Assembly: GCA_965202585.1 (NCBI GenBank)
Contig: OZ241829.1
Span: forward strand, 29,884,001 to 29,948,000
Origin: Thalia democratica
Taxonomy: Eukaryota
Length of the DNA stretch: 64,000 nt
Reading direction: 5' to 3'
Of the stretch, positions 49,829 to 63,399 are shown piece after piece; position 1 is the stretch's first letter; each line of letters starts with the position of its first letter. The notes beneath the pieces were generated by a model. That model saw nothing but the letters and a program-made list of their open reading frames with translations. It did not search any database and was not told the origin of the DNA. The position numbers and the translations under genes were made by a program.

Positions 49829-50997
49829 TTAGGGCCTAGATGAGTTAGGGCCTAGATTCGAAAAATTACTAAATTAGGAAATTAGTATTGGTTTTTATTG
49901 AAATGTTTCATCAGACTAACATTTTATAAAAATTGGGAAGTTTTACTTATTCATCTCATTTAGCAAATCGTCAAAATAAGGTTGCTAAAACTTTATACCA
50001 TACTTTATCAGTTTTTAGCAACTTTATTCTGATGTGCTTAATAAAATTAACCAATTTACTTTCAAATTTTAAATAAATGAAAGACATTTAATTTTAATTT
50101 TAATTAATTTTAAATATATGATATATGATATATATGATATATAAATTAAAATAAAAATAATATTTTTATTTTAATTTTAAATAAATGAATATTTTTCTAT
50201 AAATTAGAAGAACTAACAACATTTTTATTTTCTACAAAAAATATTCATAAGTTATAAATAATAATTACTGTAAAATATTATTAGAATTAAGCTTGAATAA
50301 ACAGTAATAATATATTGCTTTAAAAATGAAATTTATTTTAAGTTATCTACGTTTTATGATGAAAATACTTAATTATTTTCTGAACCAACTTCAAATGGTT
50401 AAAAAACTTTATTTTACTAGTAGTTATTATTCTAACTACACCTTATTTTAGTTAACTATCTTAAAACTTGACTTTGTTTCGTTTTTGTTGTTTGTTATAT
50501 ACCAAATATAATCTAAACGAAACATCTGTTTTTATGGTCAAACTCATATGCGATTTATTTTGTTTATAAATGTTATCTTTTAATATATTTGGTAAATTAA
50601 TGATATAGTCTACTTTCTGTATTTTATTTAAGAATGTTTTCATTTAGTTTGTAATTTATCAAGCTAATATTATAAAACCGGTCCAAATGCTTGTTAGCAG
50701 TCTAAAAGATGTTTTATCATTTAGTAGTGTAAAGTAGTTTATTGTGTAAAATTTTTGAGACAAAGATATTAAATATAAAACAATAAAACACAAATTAACT
50801 TTTAAACGTTTTAGTACTTGCCATAACTTTTTTAATAAACCCATAGACCATAAAACACTTAATAAACAAATAATATACAATATAAAAAATGTTTAAACAA
50901 ATTGTTTTATAAAAGTAATAAGATTTTAAAAGTTTGAAACAGTGTAGTAGTCCTAAGCAGTGTATTAAGTTGAAAACACTTTCAATCTACACAAGGT

Positions 50998-51610
50998 AAT
51001 CATTAACAATGCTTCTCGGTATTTTACATTTCAGTTTTGATTGTTCTTCACTCTTTAGTTCTTTATGGTGAGTTCGTATATGATGATTTCTAGAAGATCC
51101 TTGAGTAAACCACTTTCCACATTCTGCACAACCATAAGGTTTTTCTCCTAAATGATTTCTAAAGTGTTGAACTAAGTGTTCTTAACGAGAAAACCTCTTT
51201 TTGCAAATACTGCATTCATGAGCTTTTTCTTTAGTGTGAGGCAACATATGTCTTTTAAAACTACTTTTTATAGAAAACTTCTTCTCACAAACTTCACATT
51301 GAAAATCTTTCTTACCCGTATGAAGTAAGATATGTGTCTTTACACTACTTTTTTTAGAGAAAAGTTTGTCACACAAATCACATTTAAACATTTTTTCTTT
51401 TCTGTGAGTAACTAAGTGAAGCTTTAATTGACCTTTGTCCAAATAACTTATGACAAACAAAACATTGAAATTCTTTTTTACTAGTATGTACTATCATATG
51501 CTGTTTCAAATTACTTTTATATCACAAATTTCACACTTAAACGGTTTTTCTCTAGTATGAATTCTTTCATGAACTTTTAGTTGTGATTTTGTTTTAAAAC
51601 TTTTTTCACA
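50998..51610 (-). pseudogene. C2H2 zinc-finger copy 5, inserted duplicate of copy 6 with a 14-bp flanking direct repeat
   Basis: About 7 substitutions and 2 small indels versus 51693-52307; private TAA at 51182; AATCTACACAAGGT on both sides. Confidence 0.85.
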
Positions 51611-51687
51611 AATCTACACAAGGTTATTACAAATTTTACAAATTTGTTTATTTAATGTTAATGTTTAAATTATTTATGTTAATGATT

Positions 51688-52366
<679 letters not shown>

Positions 52367-52875
52367 GTTTAAAAAAACTTACGCATAAACCTATAAAATT
52401 TTCTATATTTAACAGAATTTAAGTGCATAACCACGAAAGTTTCTTAATTATTCCACATACAAACATAAACATCTTAACATCATGTCATGTTAAGATTTTC
52501 ATATCAAATTTATTGAAAAAAAGTATTGTTTATATATGGGTTTTTGTTTAACTCCGAACGATCTAATAATTTACACAAAGATAAGCATTTAAAGTTAAAT
52601 AATAAAGTTACAACTACATAATCAACAAGAAGTTTCATTATATTGATTTATTTTCATAGCTTTACAAAACAGGCAATATACGAGCAAAATTATAAAACTT
52701 AAGCATCTCAAACTTAATTATAAAAAATTATATATAACGTGTGAACTAAAACTTTCATTTTTTTAACTTAAAGTCCTATTATGAAAAATTGGAGATTTAT
52801 TTTAATTAAAGTTAAACTAATTTATGATTTTAATCATTTAATTTCAAATATATGGAGGATTTATATATAAGTTTT

Positions 52876-53098
52876 TTAAATTTGAAAATAATAATAATTC
52901 TGAACGAAAAATTCACGCCTTTCGTCGATAAAATCATCCGACAAGTCACTAATACACCGCACGATCCCATAATAATTTCGAACAATTTGTTCTAACGTCA
53001 TGATGTTAGCCTTAAAGTTCTGTAGGCTACCAGCTTTTTCAACAGATCTTAACAAAGCTTCATATAATCCAATTAAGTAATCAGCGTTTACAACACAT
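52876..53098 (-). CDS. Terminal exon of the predicted 177-aa gene
   Basis: TTTTATTTTAG acceptor; 73 open codons CVVNADYLIGLYEALL..FIDERREFF..QI*. Confidence 0.65.
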
Positions 53099-54194
53099 CT
53101 AAAATAAAAATATATTTACGCATAATTCGTTTGTTTAAATTATTTTTGTTTTAATTTTGTTAAAAATTTTATACTATTAGAATACTTCAAATGAGTAAAA
53201 TAATCAGTGTTACAAAGATTCAGTGTCACAAAAAAGTTTATACAAACAAGTTTTTTACAAGTTATGCACTTTCACTAAGTAAATTACATAAACTTTATAC
53301 TAAACACATTATGTTCTTTAGTTATGCTTTTCATTTAATATTTAATGTTTACAGTTAACTTTTTTATTAATCAGTGTAAAAAATTTATAGTTTTATAAAA
53401 GACTCATGTTATTTATATACTTAAACTATTATCAAATTAGTTTAGATAATATAATTTCATACCGTTCTTTCGTGGTCGCACAAATTTCTGCTTTAGGTAC
53501 ATTTTCATCGCGTTCATCACTCACTTTGTACCTAAAGTGCCTTATCATCTGATTGTTTGGATATGTTCTTTGCAAATCGGACAGGCTGCTATAATCGGAT
53601 TTCGTTGTATTACCATTAATTATAAAAAAAAGTTTTTTTTTTTAAATTAATTTTAAAAGTTTAAACATATTGTTTAGTAAATTATCTCATATGTATTTTG
53701 TCTTACTAATTAATAATAAACATGGTTAACATTTTTCTTTACCTACATCAATTTTAATAATTGAACAAAAATAAAAACATAATGCAGTCATGATTGTTTA
53801 CAATTGCACAAACTTAAAATGAACTCCAGCAGGACTAATGAATCGTTCTTCTCGTGCTATGTTTGCACAAAATAAAGCAAAAACTCTCCATTCTCCATTT
53901 TCCGTCCCTAGCGTTTCGTTGACAGTGGTTTGATCCATTTTCAACCAATCCTGTTGATAAAACAATTTTTTGACACAACAGTCTGTTGAAAGTTGACTGA
54001 TAATATTTTGTACACGTGAAAATTATCAACATACTTTCCTTTAAAATTTAATTAAAAGTTGTTTCACAAGTTTAAGTTTCTTATACACATCTTTTTAGTT
54101 GGCATTAGTTAAACTAATCATATTTTGTTTATACCAGATACAATGAATTAATTATACTAAGTAAATAAAATAACTTACACCAGAAGGCACCCAT
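52876..54194 (-). CDS. Predicted 4-exon gene, 177 aa, unknown function, MBD-like motif
   Basis: Exons 54194-54179, 53982-53814, 53588-53463, 53098-52876 join in frame at GT-AG sites (phases 1,2,2); AATAAA on the minus strand at 52801-52796. Confidence 0.6.
53463..53588 (-). CDS. Exon 3 of the predicted 177-aa gene
   Basis: 126 nt, phase 2-2; SLSDLQRTYPNNQMIRHF..ICATTKE. Confidence 0.65.
53814..53982 (-). CDS. Exon 2 of the predicted 177-aa gene
   Basis: CCVKKLFYQQDWLKMD..GEWRVFALF..FISPAGVHF; donor AA|GTTTGT; 5' boundary less certain. Confidence 0.6.
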
Positions 54195-57100
54195 GATTTA
54201 TAATTTCTAAGTGATGACATTGTACAATATTAAATCCTGAGGCTTACAAAAAAATATAAATAAAATTATTGTTTTGATAAGTAAGTAATAGTTTTTTAAT
54301 AAGTAAAAATAAAGAAATGAGGTTATCAAAAACAATTTTAATAATTAGTAAGGTATTTAGTACATAAGCTTATGAAACCTTTTTAGTTATATGTTAAGAG
54401 TATCTACTTTATTTAATGTCTTTGCTAAACTAATTTGATTACTGTTTTATTAACTAAACAAAGTAAACTTAGTATATAACTGAAACAGTGATTACTTCAC
54501 GATTTAGTTAATTAATGATGCTGTTTATGTAGATTAAATACTTTTTTGTACTTTTCATTTATGTGACTGATTATTGCTTTGTATACAGTTTTAATTTATC
54601 ACATTACTTATTGATTAATTCAATACTGCATATATCTTAACTAGACCAATCTCAAAAGTCAGGTAAAATAACGTCAATTTTTTGATTTTTCATAATTTAA
54701 ACCAACATAAAAATTTAGTCCCGTATTAAAGTTTTTCTAGATATACCATTAAGTACATTATACTAGTACCACAGTAGAAAACCCTGAAGTAGTTTTTTAT
54801 TTAGTTAAAACTAAAACCAGAGAGCAAAGAAAAAACTTGATTAAAATTTTATTTTTCAAAAGTAAATTATGGGCGGATTTTTCGAAGTTTGTTTTTAGAA
54901 GCTGTGAAAACTTAATTTTAAGTTTCAATCGTTAAAGAAAATTTAATAACTCCAAATAAAGTAGTTAACTGTTTAACTTTAAAATAGTGTAAAACTTAGT
55001 AATCATAACTAACAAAATGTTTTTAGAAGCTTAAACAAATATTTTTAAATTTCTGGCTTTAAATTATTTAAAGACTTCTAAATTGGGAGTGATTGATCTT
55101 TCTATGACTAGAGAAAATAAACTAAAAAGAATTTAGTATATTAGTATATAAATAACAGCTCTAGTGATACTTACAAGCAAGACAAAGTATTGGCTTAGAA
55201 TGAGAATACTGGAAAGTGGAATGTAACACAAGCACATGTGAAGCGCCCTGTATTGGAGCTAGTAGTGTCAAAAAACAAACTATTATGCTGTCTACACAGT
55301 TTCATTCAGGGGCGTGTTTTGACTTGTTTCCTGTTTCCTGTGAACCTACTGAAAAAAAAAAAGAAAATATTCTTAGAATATCACTAAAAACGTTGTTTAT
55401 TGACTTTGCTTTGGTTATTTGATAAACTTTTAATAATGAATGTTGAATTTATAACACTGAAAGATTAAAAGTTGCAGTAACAAAAAGTGCTCGATTTTGC
55501 CTAGCTGTATTTAAATAAAATTTCAATTTTGTTGTCATAATAGGTAAAAGTTTTTAAGTAGCATTTTCTTTCTAGGAAACTTTTTACTAAGGAGCTCTTA
55601 GTTTCCATTATAAGTTGTTACTTAATGTAAATAACTTTTGATTAAGTATTGTTTTTGAACTAGTAAGTACAATTTTACTTAAAAATTGTCCAATATAATC
55701 ACTAAAGTTTTATTTTACTAAGTTGGTTGTATGTAATAATGTTGTGCTAGCTTTTGTACTTGAACATTTACGTATTTTGTTTATGTGTCAACCAACTTGG
55801 TTTAAAATTTGAAAAGTTCAGTTCAGAGAGTATTCAAAATCATCTTTAGACCACTACACCACCTGGCAACTTATTCTTTTTTCATTTAATGGTTTTTTAA
55901 TGTTTTTATTTAAGTTTTTTTATTTTTCTGGAGGCCACAAAGTTGATTTTTGATTTTTTGAAATTTTCAACTCAGAGAGATTTCATAATCATCATTAGAA
56001 TCCCTGTACCATCAGGCAAACATTTAACTATATATATATAGTTTAAAGGTATTTTTTTTTATTTGTATGAGTTTAAAAATTTTTTTTAGTAAAATTTAAA
56101 CTTCTATTGATAAAATTATTTAAAATTTAACAATAAAAAATATATTTTCATTATAATTAGATATATAAATGTAAAGAGGTATAATTTAAAAGAAAAATTT
56201 GTAAGATCTCCATCTATACTAACATTTAAATCAAAATTGAAATTATCTTTATAAAAATTTATTCTAGTTTTAATAATTTTATAATACTGTTTCCTGATTA
56301 AAAGGCTATTTTTTTATAGAATAAGTTAGTTATGACTGTAACAGTTGAAGAAATAAAAAACGATTGTTTTTCAGACCTTTTATTGAAAGAAAAAATTCAA
56401 ATAAAGATGAGAGGAAGAGCAACTCCTGATGTTGAAATTACTCAAACAACCATAGTAAAAGGTTAGTATATTTTTAAAACAGTTTCAAGTATGATTTGAT
56501 ACTAAATTAAAATAAAAACATTTCATTAATTCAGAAATAAAAAAGTGTATAATAACAACAAAGTTGATAAAAACATTTGAAAGTTTTAAATTTATAGTGT
56601 TTTAAAAATTAATTATATATATAAAATAAAAACTTTTTTAAAAAGTTAGTGGTTTAAGTCATGGTTTCAACTAATTGGTTAATAAAGTTTAATAGAAAAA
56701 GTTTTAAACTATCTATAAAAATATTTCTATTTATACTAAAGATATATTGTTGTAACTGTCATAAATTATACTAAAACTTTTCAAAAAGTGTCTAGAATAT
56801 CTTATAAAAATACATATAAAATAGAGCATAAGCAGAAAAAGCATTTTAAACACAGAGTTTTTCGGCTAAATATTGCGTACTTAAGCGGCAAATTAAGAAC
56901 AAAAAAAATGTTAACCCTAATCGAAATAAGTCTAGACACGCCCCTGGTTCCATTATTGAAGAAGACTCATAACTTTATCACAAACTCTTTTTTTGTAAAC
57001 TTTGTTTAATTTGATTTCTATTTCAGGAACTATTAGAAGCTTTTTGCTCTGACTCTGAGACAGAAGTTGACAAGCGTTATTATCGGTTATATTTACTTGA

Positions 57101-60100
57101 ACTTATACAAAGCATTAATCGAGTTATAATAAGTTTAACTAAACTTTACTTTAAATGGTACATGATAATTCAAGTTCTAAAAAGTATTTAAGAGACCATA
57201 TTTAAAAGTAAAAGTACATAAACAAAAAATAATATATGTGTAGGTTTTAATAATACCTACAAGCCTTCTTTTTGAATCTGTTTTTCTAATAAATAATTTA
57301 AAATTATAAAAAATAGTATAAAAAAAAGTGTTTAACTATATCTTTTAAAAATATTTTAAACTTTAAAAAATGAAAAAAAGCTTATAGATATCAACAAGTT
57401 ATACATACGTATTTATTATTATTTTTCTAATATGCAGTACATTTTGAGTTGTGGTATTAAAAGAAAGAGTTTGAATTGTCCGAATTTGAGTAGTCGTGCA
57501 TCCATATTTGTAAATGTTTGGACCATTTTTATTTGTTAAATTTAAATTGAACATTAATTTGAAATACGTTACTTTAAAGTTAATTTAAAAGAAACTTTAA
57601 AAGATCTTCAAACTTTAAATTACTAAATGGCTTTCATTTGAAAATATAAAACTTCTTAACTTGATAATAAAATCTAGTAAATAACAACTAGTGTATGTTT
57701 TAACATTGCACTCTTAATAAAAAGTGTTTTATATATATTCCAAATAATTTGTTTAGTTGTTAGTAACTCTTCAAGTATTTTTAACATTGTTGTATATCAA
57801 ACTTTTAAAAATGATCATATTAAAAAAAACAGAGTTTTATATCTACCCACGACTTAGTTAAGTAAGAACTAAATATTTAAAGAAAATGATATTTTGTTTG
57901 AATATTTTTAATACTTTGCCTAACATTTTTCAATGATGTTTATAAATAATTCCGATAAAAAATTTCTAAATAAAAATTACTAGGAAAAAATCTTTACAAT
58001 AAAAATATACGTGTGTGATTTTTACTACATTTTTCTCAGTTTTTTTAACAATCGAAGACCACAAAGGATCCGTCAAAAACAGCGAAATATTTCAACATAC
58101 TTACAACTGCAAAACCTTTCAAAACACAAGCATCTATGACAATTTTAAAATTTTAAAGCGATATAAAATAAATAACCTTTTTAGTTTAGAATCAATGGTC
58201 GTTAAAGAAGAAAACCTTGTAGTAAATACCCAAATAACTTTAAATGGAAAACAAATAAAAATAAGTATATATTGGTTTTAATGTTTTAAGTATTTTTGTC
58301 ATAACTTTGTTTTAAATTTTGTTTAGTTAGCACATTTACTGTTTAAATTATTAACATCTTTAATCTAAACTATTTATTGTTAGCTTCATATTACTATTTT
58401 CTATATTTTGTTTAGTTTTAATAATTAAGTTTGTGATGCTTAAGTTTTGTAATTTGCTCGTATGTTGCCTCTGTTTTGTTTTAATATATGAATAAGTTTA
58501 TAACATCTTGTTGGTTATATAATTCTAACTTTATTATTTAACTTTAAATGCTTATTTTTGTGTAAACTAATAGATAGTTTGGATTTAAACAAAAAATCAT
58601 TAATAAACAATACTTTAAAAAAATTTTTTTTTTTAATCCGTAAGAAATCAAATACAATTAATAGAATTAATTTATAAATAGATATTATTTTGTACACTGT
58701 CTACTTAATTACTTTAAATCAACAAAACTCTAAAAACTCTATAGTTCATGGTTTACCTTTTAGCTTTTGAATTTATTTCAAAGCGACTAAAAGTAATAAA
58801 CTAAATTTACAAACGCAAAAAAAAGTTTAATATACAACAATGTTAAAAATATTTGAAGAGTTACTAACAACTAAACAAATTATTTAGAATATATATAAAA
58901 CACTTTTTATTAAGAGTGCAATGTTAAAACATATACTAGTTGTTATTTACTAGATTTTATTATCAAGTTAAGAAGTTTTATATTTTCAAATGAAAGCCAT
59001 TTAGTAATTTAAAGTTTGAAGATCTTTTAAAGTTTCAAACTTACCTTGTTTAGTTTAAAAGAATTGTGATCTGATAATTAAATTTAGAACATTAATATTA
59101 AAACAAAAGCCATTTAGTATTTAAAAATTTTAAATACTTTCGAAATTAAAACTTTACTTACCTTAGTTTCAAAAGTAAGTAAGCTAAAACAGACTAATTT
59201 TAAGTACAGTATTTTATATCTTTATATCTAGTTTTCGTTCTGCTAACAAAAATCTAGGCTACAGATAAAATAACACTAAAGACTACTGAAGTAAGTCCAA
59301 GGTAATACTATTAAAGATACATGAATTTTTTGTAGCATTCAAAAAAATCAGAATCAAAAGTTCTTCTAATGGATTGTTTGTATGAGTAAAATTTTTACAA
59401 AAATAGTATATATTTAACACAAAAAAGTAAAAACTGTTATCTACTAAAAATAAGATATCAATTATACGCCTTTCTCATTAAATATATGTAGCGGTATACA
59501 AATGTAAATTATGTAAAAAAAAAACTATATAAAACAAGAAAATAAATATAACACGATTAAAGAAAAAAAACTTTCCGAAGGTATGGGTTAGAGGTTACAG
59601 TTATACTCACTAACAATAAATATTAATCAAAAAAAAACCGCCCAGGATAATAGTTAGGAGCAACAACGTAAGCATAAAAAAGCTAAACTAAAATATTTTT
59701 TTTTTAGTTTTTAATGCAACAATTTCCTCATGCAAAACTGACGTGAAAAAGTGACGCTGTTCAAACGTTTCCCCTCGTGCAAAAGGTACACCCAGCCATA
59801 CTTAAATATATTGTCTTTTGAACGACGAAAAAGCGCTTAAAATAATTGGGACTAGTATCTTGTGTACGAGAAAACATTTCGGTAATCAAGTCGTACACCT
59901 ATTGGATACAGTTAAACATCTTGTCCAGAGCAAATATACTCATATACTGCAGATAAGTTATGAAACATAAATTTCCTCAACAAAATATATTGATAATAAT
60001 TGAATTTGTCTGCTTTTTAAAAGTTAAGTGTACTACCTAAAATCAACTAAGCTTGTAAATTTTGCTTCGTAAAAATTATAGTACTTGGTGTAAAACTGTA

Positions 60101-60765
60101 AGTTTCGGATGTAAGTATTACTCATAATAGTCAAATCCTATTTTATTTAATTATAAACATATAACTGCTATTTGCATTTTTAGTCTAGTTTATAAAAATA
60201 AGAAACAAGACTGTTTTACTAATGAATGTTTCATATTAAGATAGAAGAAAAAACACTATAATAAGAACATTATTGCAAAAATAAAAGTGACATATCTCTA
60301 GTATAAGGAAACGGGTCTAAATTGTCCTAAAACAGAGTTGAACGCGGTTATCAAATTTCTTGATATCAAACTTGACAGCTACCCGTAGTATACATAAAAA
60401 GTTATAATTTTAAGAAATAGTTTGACAAAGTAAATTTTATATTGAACCTATTTAAAAAAGATGAGTACTTGTAGAAAAGAATATATCGAAAAAAAAATTA
60501 TTAAAATTATTTTCAATTTCACATTAAAGTTCCAGAAAAAATAATTAACATGTGATGCCACTAAAGTTTAACTATTTCATATTAAATTTTATTTTAAAAA
60601 ACCTTATTTTTTAAAGCTTTAATAAGTAATTGCAAGAAAGCTTATTACTTTACATAAATTCTAATCAGTACCTGTAATACATGCAAACATTAGGTGTTTA
60701 ATAATTTAGAGCAATGACATATTTTTTTTTTTTTAATGAGTTTTATCAATATTTTTCAAAAGCTA

Positions 60766-62148
60766 TTACACAGGTATTTTAAGACAATAAAAAGTTCCTA
60801 TATCTCTCGTTGCTTCACATTTTTTTACTGACCACTCATTGTTTTCAAAATCATATATCATGAAATTATATATATTATTGTTTTTGCCAAACACAAAAAT
60901 CTTCCTGCCAATTGTAATCACTCCAGAAGGATTTAATAATCTAAATTTATAAGCTGGTGAAGGTTGTTTTAACAAAGTAAACTTGTTAGTAGTTGAATTA
61001 AAAACTTCACACTTGTCTGTATTAAGTCCACAAATAACAAACAATTTGTTCTTCACTGCAACTGATTTGTGACCGAATCTTCCAGTAATCATATTTGGCA
61101 TATTTTCCCAGATATCTCCGACATGGTCGTATGCTTCAACACTTGATCTACCACTATAATATCCACCAGACAAGACAATCCTTCCTTCAAATACCGAGCA
61201 ATCTGAAAGCCTACGTACACTGCTCATCCTTGATATTCCTTTCCATTCGAGACTTTTTGTGTTGAACTTAAAACAAGCAGTTGTATCATATCCATCGTTT
61301 AACTTTTCTATACGACCGCCCATGAAATAAACACTATCCATTAAAGAACAGGCACAAAAATACTTGAGATTGTCTAACATGTCAGCAACATATTCCCAAG
61401 TGTTAGTAACAGGTGAAAATTTTACAATCGACTTAATGATGTTATCATCACGATCAATGCCACCAAACACATAAATTTCACCTTTGATACGAACTGCTCC
61501 ACAATTGAAACTAGCGCTTTTCAACTGTGGAAAAATTTTTACTACACGAAGACTTTTTGCATCAAAGAAATTAACATCATTAGAATAATTATGTACATCA
61601 AAATTTCCATCTCCACAGACTACTATGTTAAAATTACTTTGGTTGCAGTACCTACTTGCAATATTGTAACTGAAAGGTTGTAACTGTTGTTTTTTGGCTA
61701 AAACATCTTTAATCATGTTTTTACACTCATTACTAATGCTAAAAGATGATTTTTTCTTTAGAATCTTATTTAATGCATGAACTGATAGAAGCGGAATTCG
61801 AACCTTAGACAAAAGCTTTTTTGCATACTTGATACGTCCAGATATGTATTGACACAACCAGCTATCCGCTGCATTGAATACTTGCAGCTCTGAGTCAATG
61901 TCTAATTCACTGCTTGAAAGTATTTTTACAAGCGAGATAAAGTCCAGTTCTAATAAGTTGAGGGAATCGGCGATCAGCGGAAAATGCCGCTCAATAAGAT
62001 TCATGGAGACTTTAGATGAACTTGATAGCTTGAAAATGTTTGATACGTAATACATGACTAAACAGTTTTGAATATCTGTTTTTGAAATTATAATTTTGTT
62101 CAGTTCATTATCTTCAACTTCACCGACTAAAACATTTTTAAATTTCAT
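60766..62148 (-). CDS. BACK-Kelch protein (kelch-like family) with no visible BTB; 460 aa from the first ATG
   Basis: BACK motif NCL..IERHF..LELDF..LSSSELDIDSELQVFNAADSWL; six kelch blades (IYVFGG, VYFMGG, IVLSGG, LFVICG); phase-1 acceptor before 62186. Confidence 0.85.
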   Translation of the reverse strand: MKFKNVLVGEVEDNELNKIIISKTDIQNCLVMYYVSNIFKLSSSSKVSMNLIERHFPLIADSLNLLELDFISLVKILSSSELDIDSELQVFNAADSWLCQYISGRIKYAKKLLSKVRIPLLSVHALNKILKKKSSFSISNECKNMIKDVLAKKQQLQPFSYNIASRYCNQSNFNIVVCGDGNFDVHNYSNDVNFFDAKSLRVVKIFPQLKSASFNCGAVRIKGEIYVFGGIDRDDNIIKSIVKFSPVTNTWEYVADMLDNLKYFCACSLMDSVYFMGGRIEKLNDGYDTTACFKFNTKSLEWKGISRMSSVRRLSDCSVFEGRIVLSGGYYSGRSSVEAYDHVGDIWENMPNMITGRFGHKSVAVKNKLFVICGLNTDKCEVFNSTTNKFTLLKQPSPAYKFRLLNPSGVITIGRKIFVFGKNNNIYNFMIYDFENNEWSVKKCEATRDIGTFYCLKIPV

Positions 62149-62580
62149 TATAGGCAAAAGCTTTTTCTCGTTCACAACAAAGTTCCCTGCAAAAATTATA
62201 ATTTATTTTTTAAAATAAGCTATTATTAAATATTAGATGGCAAACTTTTAATTAACTTACAAGCTTACCAATGATTTCCTAAAGTGGATGATATCAGCGA
62301 TTCAGGTCAATTTTTAATATCAAGCAGCACTGACTGTTTAGGGCAGTGGTCTTCAAGGTGTACACTGGTGCAAACTAGTGTAAACAAAAACTTTTTTAGG
62401 GTACATGAAAATTTTAGGGTGTTTAAAATGGTAATTTTTTTTTTGTTTAGTTAAACGATAAGTTAAGCATTGTATTGATATTCAGCCCTGATGATTTTTT
62501 ATGAATTTGCTTTATTAGTTATTCTGCTAACTGACCATTTTAGTACTCTCAAGGCCGAAATCAATTTAGTTGAACAATTC

Positions 62581-63399
62581 ACGAGTGTGAAGTTAGCTTG
62601 GTAAAGTTTTTCAAGAACTTATAAAGACTGTCAAACTTTAGATCCAATTATCTTCCTTATCTTAATAGCTAAATAAAAACTTTTTTTTTTTATTCTACAG
62701 AACGGTCCTTTGTCTTTTATTAAAAAGAGAAAACATAAAAATGTTTATGTTTATTTTTGTTAATATTCATACTTATTAGTAAATAAATTTTGTACAGCAC
62801 TTTTTCTATCCAACTCTAAATATTTTGCAGTATTTAGCCTTATTCTAGATTTCCTAATTCCGAAATAAGGCCAAATAAAGCAAAAATTGATAAATTAGAA
62901 TTAAATAAAATTGTATAACATTTTTCACATATAAATATAAAAATTAAAAAAAAACTAATTTGACCTTTTTTATTTTTAATTCGAGCTAAGTAAAAATCGA
63001 TAACAAAACTCATATTTCGTACTATTCGGCCTTAGTCCGGAGTTAAGAACTCTAGAATAAGGCTAAATAGTACAAAATATTAAAAGTTATAAAAAAAAAG
63101 TGTCGTACAGAATTTACTTACTTATAAATTTGAATAAGAGAAAAAAAAATTATTCTGTTTTTTTTCTTAATTCGAGCTAAGTACGAATTGATAAAAAAAA
63201 AGATTTTTTTCTAAGGGCCCCACTCTTAAAGTCAAACCCCAATCCAATGGTTTTTTTTTTAAATTAAAGACAAAGAACCGTTCTTTAAAATAAAAAAAGT
63301 ATTTGTTTAGCTATTAAGACAATGAAAATAATTGGGTCTAAAGTTAGGACATTTTTTAAAAATACTTGAAAAAAGTTACCAAGCTAACTTCACACTCGT
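62581..63399. mobile_element. Foldback-like element with about 300-bp imperfect inverted arms
   Basis: ACGAGTGTGAAGTTAGCTTGGTAA perfectly inverted at the ends; similarity continues through TATTTAGCCTTATTCTAGA. Confidence 0.75.

Noticed and set aside
53835-54032. Track ORF ending CQRNARDGKWRMESFCFILCK, which looks like a lectin C-terminus
   Set aside because: The splice-compatible frame in this region is a different one; the resemblance is short and has no N-terminal CTLD half
55216-57170. Possible plus-strand gene (ORF 55216, ATG exon-like 56407-56461, open frame after the acceptor at 57026)
   Set aside because: The phases do not join (the phase-1 join hits TGA) and there is no recognisable product
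58015-60000. ORF 58015-58281 and an ATG-less 54-codon frame near 59806-59968
   Set aside because: No motif and no consistent splice chain
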